From Eubacteriales bacterium (GTDB taxonomy: Bacteria > Bacillota > Clostridia > Oscillospirales > CAG-272), in NCBI GenBank assembly GCA_045538895.1, contig JAZQEH010000118.1, positions 583 through 64,582 of the forward strand: a stretch of 64,000 nucleotides of DNA, in the 5' to 3' direction. The translations under genes and the position numbers were made by a program. Shown in pieces: positions 10,508-19,855 of this stretch (position 1 is its first letter; every line of letters begins with the position of its first letter). A model generated the notes under the pieces. The model was not told the origin of the DNA, did no database searches, and was given only the letters and a program-made list of their open reading frames with translations.

Positions 10508-11436
10508 TACTTTTCACCGACGAAACGAATTTCACATTCAAGCTCAACACCGGACGTTGAACGGACCTTTTCTTTTACAAGTTCAATAAGTTCCATTACA
10601 TCCGAAGCTGTTGCATTGCCGGTATTTATGATGAAACCGGCATGTTTGGGAGAAACCATTGCTCCGCCAACGCTTACACCTTTCAGCCCTGCATCTTCAA
10701 TAAGTTTTCCCGCAAAATGACCTACGGGGCGTTTAAACGTGCTTCCTGCGCTTGGAAACTCAAGCGGTTGCTTTTCACGTCTTGCACGAAGATGTTCGTT
10801 CATTTTGGCTTTTATATCATCAGGGTTAGCTCTTGTAAGCTTAAAAGTTGAAGAAAGAACAATATAGTTTTTCTCCATTAGAACGCTATGACGGTAGTCA
10901 AAACAATGAGCGGCATTATCTAAAACAATAATTTCGTCATTGTCAATATCATAACATTCTGTTGCATATACAATATCAGCCATCTGTCCGCCGTATGCAC
11001 CGGCATTCATGTATACTGCACCGCCAACTGTGCCGGGGATGCCGTTTGCAAATTCGGCTCCGCTGAGTCCTGCGGTACTTGCATTAGTTCCGACACTGCC
11101 AAGCAAACAGCCGCAACCTGCGGTAAGGTATTCGCCGTCAATAGTTACTTTACGCATTTCGGTAGTAACAAAAACAACACCTCTAAAACCGTTGTCAGAT
11201 GCTAAAGTGTTGCTTCCGTTACCGATAACAATGTATGGAATAGAAAGCTCTTTAGCAGCACAAATGGCGTATATGAAAGCCTTTGAATCCTTGGGATAAA
11301 CGGCTAAATCTGCATTTCCGCCAATGCGGAAAGACGTGATACGCTTAAAAGAGTAATCTTCACGGACAAAAAACTCGTCTTTGTTCGTTTTTGCAGAATA
11401 CGCTTCAAGCTTTTGCAGAAAATTTTGTAAAGACAT
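10507..11436 (-). CDS. murB: UDP-N-acetylenolpyruvoylglucosamine reductase MurB
   Basis: 309 aa. FAD-binding domain (FRIGGNADL...VIGNGSNTL), GIPGTVGGAVYMNAGAYG, and C-terminal SAGSTFKRP...AGKLIE...GGAMVSPKHAGFIIN. Confidence 0.95.
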   Translation of the reverse strand: MSLQNFLQKLEAYSAKTNKDEFFVREDYSFKRITSFRIGGNADLAVYPKDSKAFIYAICAAKELSIPYIVIGNGSNTLASDNGFRGVVFVTTEMRKVTIDGEYLTAGCGCLLGSVGTNASTAGLSGAEFANGIPGTVGGAVYMNAGAYGGQMADIVYATECYDIDNDEIIVLDNAAHCFDYRHSVLMEKNYIVLSSTFKLTRANPDDIKAKMNEHLRARREKQPLEFPSAGSTFKRPVGHFAGKLIEDAGLKGVSVGGAMVSPKHAGFIINTGNATASDVMELIELVKEKVRSTSGVELECEIRFVGEK

Positions 11437-11453
11437 AAAATCAGTCCTTTATA

Positions 11454-12677
11454 TCAGATAGTAAAACGGTGGAAAGTCTTCTTTCCTTTCTTAACAACCA
11501 TACCGTCACCGGCAAAAGCAGCTTTGTCAAATGCCATATCAAATGCTTCAACTTTCTGGTCAGCTGCGATTACACCACCCTGCTGAATAAGTCTGCGTGC
11601 TTCACCCTTTGAAGGAGCAAGGCCGGATACAACGAGCATATCAATTACTGTAATTTTTCCGTCTGTAAAGTTGTCATCAGTAAGAGTGGTAGAGGGCATG
11701 TTAGCCGAAACGCCGCCGTTTGCAAAAACTGCTTTTGCAGCGGCAAGTGCTTTTTCTGCTTCTTCTTTGCCGTGAACAAGTTCGGTGAGTTCATAACCGA
11801 GCTTTTCTTTAGCACGGTTAAGATCGCTACCTTCGAGTTTTTCATATTCAGCAATTTCTTCAAGGGGCATGAATGTGAGCATCTTCATGCACTTAATAAC
11901 GTCTGCATCGTCAACGTTTCTCCAATACTGGAAGAAATCGAAAGGACTTGTTTTGTTAGGATCGAGCCAAACCGCATTACCGGCAGTTTTGCCCATCTTA
12001 TTGCCATGAGAGTCGGTGAGAAGCGTGATTGTCATACAGTGAGCATCTTTGCCAAGCTTCTTTCTGATAAGCTCGGTACCGCCAAGCATGTTAGACCACT
12101 GGTCATTGCCGCCAAACTGCATATTACAGTTGTAGTGCTTGTAGAGGTAGTAGAAGTCATAGCTCTGCATAATCATGTAGTTGAATTCAAGGAATGAAAG
12201 TCCCTTTTCCATACGTTGCTTGTAGCATTCTGCACGGAGCATGTTGTTAACCGAGAAGCAAGCACCAACCTCACGGAGCAGTTCAACATAATTGAGGTCA
12301 AGCAGCCATTCTGCGTTGTTTACCATCATTGCCTTATCGGGACCGAATTCAATAAAACGCTCCATCTGTCGCTTGAAGCATTCTGCGTTGTGGTCGATAT
12401 CCTCTTTGGTGAGCATCTTACGCATGTCGGTACGTCCGGAAGGGTCGCCGATCATTGTAGTGCCGCCGCCAATAAGAGCGATGGGGCGGTTACCTGCCAT
12501 CTGAAGACGCTTCATAAGTGTAAGTGCCATGAAGTGACCTGCAGTAAGGCTGTCTGCGGTACAGTCAAAACCGATATAGAAAGTTGCCTTGCCGGCATTG
12601 ATCATATCTCTGATTTCGTCCTCGTCAGTAAGCTGTGCCAGAAGACCTCTGGCCTTAAGTTCTTCGTAAAGTGTCAT
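11454..12677 (-). CDS. tyrS: Tyrosine--tRNA ligase
   Basis: 407 aa. Class I HIGH-like motif (LTAGH), KMGKT (KMSKS variant), and a C-terminal S4 domain (PSKGEARRLIQQGGV). RBS AGGAGAA. Confidence 0.96.
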   Translation of the reverse strand: MTLYEELKARGLLAQLTDEDEIRDMINAGKATFYIGFDCTADSLTAGHFMALTLMKRLQMAGNRPIALIGGGTTMIGDPSGRTDMRKMLTKEDIDHNAECFKRQMERFIEFGPDKAMMVNNAEWLLDLNYVELLREVGACFSVNNMLRAECYKQRMEKGLSFLEFNYMIMQSYDFYYLYKHYNCNMQFGGNDQWSNMLGGTELIRKKLGKDAHCMTITLLTDSHGNKMGKTAGNAVWLDPNKTSPFDFFQYWRNVDDADVIKCMKMLTFMPLEEIAEYEKLEGSDLNRAKEKLGYELTELVHGKEEAEKALAAAKAVFANGGVSANMPSTTLTDDNFTDGKITVIDMLVVSGLAPSKGEARRLIQQGGVIAADQKVEAFDMAFDKAAFAGDGMVVKKGKKTFHRFTI

Positions 12678-12705
12678 TTTGTTTCTCCTAAATTATATGT
12701 AAATT

Positions 12706-14382
12706 TTAAAATTTTTTTCCTTCTTCAATAAGTTCTGCGGCTGATATCAACATGTTCTGGCTGATAGTAACGCCGCCAAGAATTCTTGCAATCTCACTAA
12801 TGCGTGTTTCACCGTCAATTTCTGTAACAGACGTTTCTGTTCGCTCATCAACTGTTCTTTTTTGTATAAGCAGATGTGTGTCTGCAAGAGATGCGATTTG
12901 TGCAGAGTGCGTAACGCAAATGGTTTGAGTTCCTTTGGCACTTTGCTTCAGTTTGATTCCTATTTTACGGGCAGTTTTTCCTGAAACACCGGTATCAACT
13001 TCATCATAAAATACAGTATGAACACCGAATGCATCCGCAAAAACTGTTTTAACGGCAAGCATAATTCTCGCAAGTTCGCCACCTGAAGCAATTTTTGAGA
13101 TAGGTTTCGGTTCCTCGCCCTTGTTTGCGGAAATCAAAAACACAACATTGTCAAAGCCATTTGAAGTAAGAACTTCACTGTTTGTAATGGAAATATCAAA
13201 AACAACTTTCTCCATATCCAGAAATTCAAGTTCTTTTAAAACTAATGGTATTAATTCCTTTGCGGCGCTAATACGTGTTTCTGATAAAATTTTTGCAGCA
13301 CTGAAAGCAGCGTTTTCTGCATCATTGCAGATTTTAACTGCTTTTTCGATAGCGGCATCCATGTCGAGCAGCTCTGAAAGCTCTGCCTTTGAATTTTCAA
13401 GCAACAAGAGCAATCCTGCTTCATCGGTAAGAAAATGCTTCTTAAGCTTATTAATAACATTCAGCCTGCCCTCGATTCTGTCGAGTTTGGTTGCAGGATT
13501 TTCACCGATATTACCCGTAAGGTCATAAACCGTATCGGCAATATCTTCAACCTCATATTTCATATCATTGAGCTTTGCGGCAAGAGTTGCAACAGACGGA
13601 ACATTGTCAGCGATTTGCAAAAGTGCTGCAGAGCAACGGTCAAGTATATATGCAGCGTTTGCTTTTTCGGAGCCTTTTAAAGCACGGTACACAAAAGAGG
13701 TCTGTTTAGAAATCTTTTCCGCGTTGGCAACTATCTGCTTTTCAGCTAAAAGTTTTTCTTCTTCGCCGATTTTTATTTTTGCACTTTCGAGTAATTTGAT
13801 AGTATGTTTAAGCTCGGCTTCACGCTTTGATTTCTCTTCGCTTTTTACGTTCAGTTCTTTCAAAGCTGATTTTGCATGCTTGTATTCATCGAACTTTTTA
13901 GCATAATCTTCGTGTTCAGCAGAGTTTTCGGCATACGCATCAAGGAAAACTATATGGTTCTCGTCATCAAGAAGCTTAATGCTGTCATTTTGTCCGTGAA
14001 TATTAACAAGTAATGGAGAAATAGAACGAACCAAAGAGGTGTTGACAGCACTACCGTTAATTTTACTTTGAGTTCTGCCGTCGATGTTTACCAAACGGGA
14101 TATCAGCAGATTGCCGTCTTCGTCGGGAAACACATCGAGCTGTGAAAGCTTTTCAATGTCAGCTTTTCCAAATCCGCCAAACATAGCAGAAACAAAAGCT
14201 TTTTCTTCACCGCTGCGGATAATATCTTTTGATGAACGTGCGCCGAGCAGAAAATTAATACTGTCGATAAGTATTGATTTGCCGGCACCGGTTTCACCTG
14301 TAAGGGCAGTAAAGCCTGCGACAAAATCAATATCCACGCATTTTATTACAGCTATATTTTCAATATGCAACGAATAAATCAT
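12706..14382 (-). CDS. recN: DNA repair protein RecN
   Basis: The ORF is open to 14388, but the ATG at 14382 lies 7 nt after GGAGG. SMC-like: Walker A GETGAGKS, long coiled coil, signature SGGELARIMLA, Walker B VFYDEVDTGVSG. Confidence 0.95.
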   Translation of the reverse strand: MIYSLHIENIAVIKCVDIDFVAGFTALTGETGAGKSILIDSINFLLGARSSKDIIRSGEEKAFVSAMFGGFGKADIEKLSQLDVFPDEDGNLLISRLVNIDGRTQSKINGSAVNTSLVRSISPLLVNIHGQNDSIKLLDDENHIVFLDAYAENSAEHEDYAKKFDEYKHAKSALKELNVKSEEKSKREAELKHTIKLLESAKIKIGEEEKLLAEKQIVANAEKISKQTSFVYRALKGSEKANAAYILDRCSAALLQIADNVPSVATLAAKLNDMKYEVEDIADTVYDLTGNIGENPATKLDRIEGRLNVINKLKKHFLTDEAGLLLLLENSKAELSELLDMDAAIEKAVKICNDAENAAFSAAKILSETRISAAKELIPLVLKELEFLDMEKVVFDISITNSEVLTSNGFDNVVFLISANKGEEPKPISKIASGGELARIMLAVKTVFADAFGVHTVFYDEVDTGVSGKTARKIGIKLKQSAKGTQTICVTHSAQIASLADTHLLIQKRTVDERTETSVTEIDGETRISEIARILGGVTISQNMLISAAELIEEGKKF

Positions 14383-14404
14383 TCGCAAGCCTCCTTATGT
14401 AAAA

Positions 14405-14863
14405 TCAAACCGAACGCATCATCTGCTTGAGTTTTTCCGAAACACTCTTTGCGGCAGTTTCGCTCACCAAAACAACAATAACAGTATCGTCACCGGCGAC
14501 ACAACCGAGAATCTCGGGTGAATGAATTGCATCGATCCCCGAACCTATAGCATTTGCAAGTCCGGGAAATGTTTTGAGAACGATAATATTATTGGCATAC
14601 GAAACCTTAATTATAGAATCGACCAGAACGCCGTTGAATTTAGGCGCAGTAGCGGCAGCGGCAACCCGGTCATGTGCGGCATAACGGTAATTACCGGTGC
14701 TACCGATAATCTTGGTGAGCTTCAATTCACGGATATCACGTGAAATGGTGGCTTGTGTTGTTTCAAATCCAAATTTATTAAGATAAAAGATTAATTCTTC
14801 CTGTGTTTCAATCTCAAACTCGGAAATGAGTTCTAAAATCTTGTCTTGTCGTTTACTTTTCAC
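14405..14863 (-). CDS. argR: Arginine repressor ArgR/AhrC
   Basis: 152 aa with a GTG start. Winged-helix N-terminus (KRQDKILELISEFEIETQEELIFYLNKFGFETTQATISRDIRELKL) and C-terminal arginine-binging motif GCVAGDDTV. Confidence 0.93.
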   Translation of the reverse strand: MKSKRQDKILELISEFEIETQEELIFYLNKFGFETTQATISRDIRELKLTKIIGSTGNYRYAAHDRVAAAATAPKFNGVLVDSIIKVSYANNIIVLKTFPGLANAIGSGIDAIHSPEILGCVAGDDTVIVVLVSETAAKSVSEKLKQMMRSV

Positions 14864-14876
14864 GTTATTCCCTTTC

Positions 14877-15746
14877 CTATTTTTTCAGTTCGTATTTTGA
14901 AATCTTGTTATTAAGTGTTTCGAAGAAGCCTTCGTCTTTCAGCAAGAGCATTTTTACAGTTTTAGCCGAACGCTTTATAACGAGTTTTTCTCCAAAACTA
15001 AGCGGAGTAACCGATTCGCCGTCAATAGTTATACTCCAATTCTCTGCACGTTCGTCACCGTTTACAATCTCAAGAACAGAATTACCGGAAAAAACGGTAG
15101 GACATGCGTATCTTGAAATCGGGCAAATCGGTGTTGCACAGATACATTCAATGGTAGGGTCAATAACACTGCCGCCAGCAGCCATGGAATAAGCGGTAGA
15201 GCCTGTCGGTGTTGCAATAATCAATCCGTCTGCACGAATGGTTCGCACGCTTTTGGAATCGGCATATAAATCCATATCAATACTGCGTGTGTATCCGCCT
15301 CGGCTGATAACAACGTCATTGAGTGCTTCACGAAGTGTCTCATGATTCCCATTTTCACGGTGTATGTATACAGACAAAACCATTCGGTCTTCAAGAGTGT
15401 ATTCGCCTTTGAAAATATTATCAATCAGATGCAATTCGTCTTTTTCAAGCTCGGCCATATAACCAAGTCTGCCAAGGTTTACGCCGAGTAGCGGAACGTT
15501 ATACTTCAGTGCGTTCTCTGCTGCACGAAGAATGGTGCCGTCACCGCCGAGTGCAACTATAAGCTCACAGTCATCATAAAGTTTATCCTCGCTGAAAAAC
15601 TGTGCACCGCTTGCATAAGCATGCCCGTTATGGTTTTCTGCCATGCAAACCGTTGCTCCGCTTGAAAGAAAGCGAAAAACCGTTTGCAAAGTGTAAAGCT
15701 CATCTTTTTCGCTACGAATAACAGGAGCAATAACAACTCGTTTCAT
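14877..15746 (-). CDS. nadK: NAD(+) kinase
   Basis: The ORF is open to a GTG at 15752; the ATG at 15746 lies after GAGG. Motifs GGDGTILRAA, NLGRLGYM and TPTGSTAYSMAAGG. Confidence 0.93.
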   Translation of the reverse strand: MKRVVIAPVIRSEKDELYTLQTVFRFLSSGATVCMAENHNGHAYASGAQFFSEDKLYDDCELIVALGGDGTILRAAENALKYNVPLLGVNLGRLGYMAELEKDELHLIDNIFKGEYTLEDRMVLSVYIHRENGNHETLREALNDVVISRGGYTRSIDMDLYADSKSVRTIRADGLIIATPTGSTAYSMAAGGSVIDPTIECICATPICPISRYACPTVFSGNSVLEIVNGDERAENWSITIDGESVTPLSFGEKLVIKRSAKTVKMLLLKDEGFFETLNNKISKYELKK

Positions 15747-15753
15747 AAGCACC

Positions 15754-16536
15754 TCATTTTACACATTCAGAAATCAGTAAGTCAATATTTCCGGTATAGC
15801 CCTGTATCGCTTCTCCTCTTGAAAAGCATGCAAGGTATTCGGTGTTTCCGTCACCGCCCTTGATAGGGGAAACGGTCAAGCCGCAAAGGGTAAAACCGTT
15901 TTCAATAGCACAATCAATTACTTTTTTTATCGCAATTGAACGGGACACTGCATTTTTAACAATTCCGCCTTTACCAATCGCTTCTCTTCCCGCTTCAAAC
16001 TGCGGTTTGATAAGACTGACAAATATCGAAACATCCGATAGAACGGATGCAAGTGATGGGATAATTAACGTTTGTGAAATAAACGAAACGTCCATTACTG
16101 CAACTTCAATAAAATCTGAAAAATCGGATTTTTGCAGATTGCGTGCATTGTATTTTTCCATTACAATAACACGGTCATCGTTTCTCAACTTTTCGGCAAG
16201 CTGGTTTGTACCGGAGTCAACTGCATAAACTTTCGAAACACCTTGCTCAAGCAGATATTCGGTAAAACCGCCTGTAGAAGCGCCGACGTCAATTGCGGTC
16301 TTGCCAGATGCGTTTATACCAAATGTTTCAAAAGCAGCTTTCAACTTCAAAGCTCCTCGGCTTACATATCCTATAGGGTCGCCCGAAACTTCGATTATAT
16401 CCGACTCTATGATGTCGGCAGAAGCTTTTTGAATAAGCTTTCCGTTCACTTTAACATAACCGCCGTTGATTAAAAGTTTCGCTCGTTGGCGGCTGTCTGC
16501 ATAGCCGTTTGCAACCAAAAAAATATCAGCTCTCAT
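15754..16536 (-). CDS. tlyA: TlyA-family 16S/23S rRNA (cytidine-2'-O)-methyltransferase
   Basis: 260 aa. N-terminal S4 domain (MRADIFLVANGYADSRQRAKLLI) and FtsJ-like SAM motif DVGASTGGFT. The ATGA junction overlaps ispA. Confidence 0.9.
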   Translation of the reverse strand: MRADIFLVANGYADSRQRAKLLINGGYVKVNGKLIQKASADIIESDIIEVSGDPIGYVSRGALKLKAAFETFGINASGKTAIDVGASTGGFTEYLLEQGVSKVYAVDSGTNQLAEKLRNDDRVIVMEKYNARNLQKSDFSDFIEVAVMDVSFISQTLIIPSLASVLSDVSIFVSLIKPQFEAGREAIGKGGIVKNAVSRSIAIKKVIDCAIENGFTLCGLTVSPIKGGDGNTEYLACFSRGEAIQGYTGNIDLLISECVK

Positions 16537-17411
16537 CAGTTTTTGCGGTCTAAAAGCATATTTGCAAATGCAATAAGTGTTTCGCTGTTATCGTATTTGC
16601 TGATTGCTTTGCATGCTTCCTCGGTAATTTTTTTTGCGTATTCCATCGCTTTATCAACATCCATAAAATTGAGGAAAGTAGTTTTCATATTCTTTGCATC
16701 GCTGCCAACGGGCTTACCAAGACTATCGGCATCACCGTATCTATCAAGGATATCGTCGATTATCTGGAAAGCAAGACCGATTCCTGCACCGTAAGTGTCA
16801 GCGGCTTTAATCGCTTCTTCATCGGCATTTGCGGCGATTGCACCAAGCTTTGCGGCAACTCTTATAAGACAACCTGTTTTATGTGCGTGAAGTGAAAGTA
16901 ATTCATCAAATGTAAGTTTGTTTCCCTCGCCTGCTAAATCGAGCATTTGACCTTCACACATACCGTCAGCACCGGAACCTTTAGCAAGTTCCTGTACTGC
17001 CAGAAGTTTATTCTCGCTTGAAGTGTTGGCATTCGACAAAGCACATTCGAATGCAGAAAATATCATTGCATCACCTGCAAGCAAAGCGGTTGCTTCACCG
17101 TAAACCTTGTGATTTGTAGGCTTGCCACGGCGAAAATCGTCATTATCCATGCAGGGCATATCATCATGAATAAGTGAAAAAGTATGTATCATTTCGATTG
17201 CCATTGCATACGGCAGAGCAGCTTCAATATCTCCGCCGAAAAGCTTGCAGAATTCAATGGTCAAGAAAGGACGAATACGCTTGCCGCCGCACATAAGACT
17301 GTATTCCATTGCACCGTAAAGAGTGGTGTCTTTACGGCTATGCAAATACTTTTTTAGTGACTCTTCAACAAGAGAGGCATTATCAAGTAGAACCTTGTTT
17401 ATATCGTACAT
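16536..17411 (-). CDS. ispA: Polyprenyl (farnesyl/geranylgeranyl) diphosphate synthase
   Basis: 291 aa. First and second Asp-rich motifs LIHDDMPCMDNDDFRRG and QIIDDILD. Confidence 0.88.
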   Translation of the reverse strand: MYDINKVLLDNASLVEESLKKYLHSRKDTTLYGAMEYSLMCGGKRIRPFLTIEFCKLFGGDIEAALPYAMAIEMIHTFSLIHDDMPCMDNDDFRRGKPTNHKVYGEATALLAGDAMIFSAFECALSNANTSSENKLLAVQELAKGSGADGMCEGQMLDLAGEGNKLTFDELLSLHAHKTGCLIRVAAKLGAIAANADEEAIKAADTYGAGIGLAFQIIDDILDRYGDADSLGKPVGSDAKNMKTTFLNFMDVDKAMEYAKKITEEACKAISKYDNSETLIAFANMLLDRKN

Positions 17412-17650
17412 TATTTATTGCCTCCGGCAAAATCTGTTTCTGATAAAGAGCCATCTTCACCTTTAGCAAGTAATTTTACTTTCTGTTCAGCACTTTCGAG
17501 CTTTGAATTGCAAAGCTTTACAAGGGCAATTCCCTCTTCGAAAAGTCCAAGAGAATCATCAAGTCCTGTTGTTCCTCCGTCAAGTGCACGAACAATTTCT
17601 TCAAGGCGTGCCATTGCTTCTTCGAAAGTTTTTTCTTTATTTTCAGCCAT
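17411..17650 (-). CDS. xseB: Exodeoxyribonuclease VII small subunit
   Basis: 79 aa. FEEAMARLEEIVRALD...LDDSLGLFEEGIALVKLCNSKLESAEQKV is typical XseB. Confidence 0.93.
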   Translation of the reverse strand: MAENKEKTFEEAMARLEEIVRALDGGTTGLDDSLGLFEEGIALVKLCNSKLESAEQKVKLLAKGEDGSLSETDFAGGNK

Positions 17651-17665
17651 TATTATACTCCTTAG

Positions 17666-18898
17666 TTAATCTACTTTGGCACTCAAAGTGCCGTCACTGA
17701 GCCTGAGCGAAATGCTTTCGCCCGTTGAAACGTCATTAACCGATGAAAGCACCTTGCCATCTTTATTTGACGCAACAGAGTATCCTCGTGAAAGTATTCC
17801 GAGAGGACTAAGAGCTTCAAGTTTAGCGGTATATTGAGCAAGCAAACTGCGTTCAGCCGTCAGCTTTGATGTAGTTGTAGACTCAAGCTTTTGACCGAGC
17901 AGAAGAAGCTGCATTTTTCTGTCCTCAAACATTCTTTCGGGATATGCAAAAACGCCCTGCGTTTTGTAAAAGTCAAGAATTTGTTTTCCGCTTTCAATCC
18001 GTCTTGTGAGCAGCAAGGACATTCTGCCGATGATGTTGTCAATTTTATGCATAAGTTCCTTTGTTTCGGGAACAGCAAGTTCAGCAGCAGCAGAAGGAGT
18101 CGGTGCACGTCTGTCGGCAACAAAATCGCAAATTGTAAAGTCCGTTTCATGACCTACGGCAGAAATGGTAGGTATGGCAGAGGCTGCAACTGTACGTGCA
18201 AGGGTTTCGTCATTGAAAGCCCACAAGTCCTCGATAGAACCGCCGCCACGGCCGATAATAATAACATCAACATTCTTTTGGGAGTTGAAAAAATTCATAC
18301 CGTCAATAAGTGAAGGGGCAGCTTCGGCACCTTGGACAAGCGCGGGATAAAGAATAACCTTTGCATACGGAAAACGTCTGCCGAGGATGTTGATAATGTC
18401 ACGGATTGCGGCACCTGTCGGTGAAGTAATAACGCCGATGCGAGTGGGAATTTTAGGGAGTGGCTTTTTGCGTGATTCGTCAAATAGTCCCTCTGCTGAA
18501 AGTTTCTTTTTCAACTGTTCAAAAGCAAAATATAAAGCACCAATCCCGTCCGGTTCCATGCTTTCGCAATATAACTGATACTGACCGTCACGGACAAATG
18601 CCGAAACTCTGCCCTTTGCAACTATCTTCATGCCATTTTCGGGGACAAAGTTGATTTTTGAAGCGGCAGAACGGAACATAACCGCCTTTATAAGCGAACC
18701 TTCATCCTTGATGGTAAAGTAAAAATGACCGGTTTTATAGTGATTGGTGAAATTAGAAATTTCGCCCTTTACCGTAACGTGAGATAAGAAACCGTCACTG
18801 TCAATTTTTGATTTGATATATTCATTCAGTTGCGTTACCGTGATGGCACCGTCACTTTGACTGACGGGTGTTCCGAAGATTTCATCAAATACACCCAT
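17666..18898 (-). CDS. xseA: Exodeoxyribonuclease VII large subunit
   Basis: 410 aa. OB-fold N-terminus (ITVTQLNEYIK...VKGEISNF...SGHFYFTIKD), catalytic core (IGVITSPTGAAIRD, RGGGSIEDLWAFN, SAVGHETDFT). Confidence 0.95.
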   Translation of the reverse strand: MGVFDEIFGTPVSQSDGAITVTQLNEYIKSKIDSDGFLSHVTVKGEISNFTNHYKTGHFYFTIKDEGSLIKAVMFRSAASKINFVPENGMKIVAKGRVSAFVRDGQYQLYCESMEPDGIGALYFAFEQLKKKLSAEGLFDESRKKPLPKIPTRIGVITSPTGAAIRDIINILGRRFPYAKVILYPALVQGAEAAPSLIDGMNFFNSQKNVDVIIIGRGGGSIEDLWAFNDETLARTVAASAIPTISAVGHETDFTICDFVADRRAPTPSAAAELAVPETKELMHKIDNIIGRMSLLLTRRIESGKQILDFYKTQGVFAYPERMFEDRKMQLLLLGQKLESTTTSKLTAERSLLAQYTAKLEALSPLGILSRGYSVASNKDGKVLSSVNDVSTGESISLRLSDGTLSAKVD

Positions 18899-18907
18899 TA
18901 TATTCTC

Positions 18908-19855
18908 CTATCTGTTTTTTAAATACTGTTGTCTTGCAAGCTCCGCAATTCCTACTGCATTATCAGAGGAAAGCGCAGGTTCTGCAAAGTATACGTCGCT
19001 GAGTTTTTCAAGCTTAGAGCGTATTATGGAGTTACTCATTACTCCGCCGCTGAATATGATCGGCAAATTACTGAATTCTATGCGAACGTTTTCTGCAATC
19101 TCATAAAGCGTTCTTGCAACAAAGTCGAGCACAAAGGCACTTGTTTTTGCGGCGTCGTGACACTCGTTAAAAAGCTTCATAGCAAGGTTTTCAAGTCCGG
19201 AAAGGTTGCAAAAGCCGCCTTTTACGCTTGCTTTAGCTTTGGGAATTTTACCTAAATAACTTTTGGCAGCATTTTCGATATGAACACCGCACGGAAACTG
19301 CATTCCCATCATTACACCAACACGGTCAATCGCCTGACCTGCGTTTAAATCAAGTGTTCCGCCGATGATTTTGGTAGAAAAACCGTTGATATCCCTTTTG
19401 CACATTAAAACTTCGGTTGTGCCTCCTGAAACGTGAAAAGCGACAAAACTGCTATCAGCAACACTCCACGCATTTGCAGAGGTAAGTGCCGCCGATACAT
19501 GACCGCACTGGTGGGAAAATGGATAGATATCAATTCCTCTGCCGACGGTTAACGCAAGTGCGGCATTTTTGCCGCAAAGGAAACACGGCATATACGAACC
19601 GTCAACATTTCTCGGTTTCTCAGAATACCCCACAGCAAGGATATCAAGAGATTTTAAAATGCAATCCGCTTTTTCCAATACTTCCGGTAAGTTTTTGATA
19701 TGAGCAAAAACTGCATCGCTCTGACGCAAACCGCATTCCCCTAAAGATACCGGTAATAATTTCTTAATGTTGGCAATAATTTCGCCATCTTCTCCAACAA
19801 TGCCAATCGAAGTTGTGTAATTGCTCGTATCAATGCCTACAAAGCATTTTTTCAT
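18908..19855 (-). CDS. TsaD/Kae1-like ASKHA-fold protein (peptidase M22 family paralog, function unknown)
   Basis: 315 aa. N-terminal GIDTSNYTTS (ASKHA phosphate-1 motif), an HxxxH metal motif (SHQCGH), HVSGGTTE and SGGVMSN. The start overlaps the nusB stop (ATGA). Confidence 0.7.
   Translation of the reverse strand: MKKCFVGIDTSNYTTSIGIVGEDGEIIANIKKLLPVSLGECGLRQSDAVFAHIKNLPEVLEKADCILKSLDILAVGYSEKPRNVDGSYMPCFLCGKNAALALTVGRGIDIYPFSHQCGHVSAALTSANAWSVADSSFVAFHVSGGTTEVLMCKRDINGFSTKIIGGTLDLNAGQAIDRVGVMMGMQFPCGVHIENAAKSYLGKIPKAKASVKGGFCNLSGLENLAMKLFNECHDAAKTSAFVLDFVARTLYEIAENVRIEFSNLPIIFSGGVMSNSIIRSKLEKLSDVYFAEPALSSDNAVGIAELARQQYLKNR

Noticed and set aside
12216-12731. 171-aa plus-strand ORF, with a nested 70-aa ORF, across the tyrS locus
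   Set aside because: It lies entirely antisense to the well-supported tyrS CDS. It has no RBS and a low-complexity, odd composition. It is a shadow ORF.
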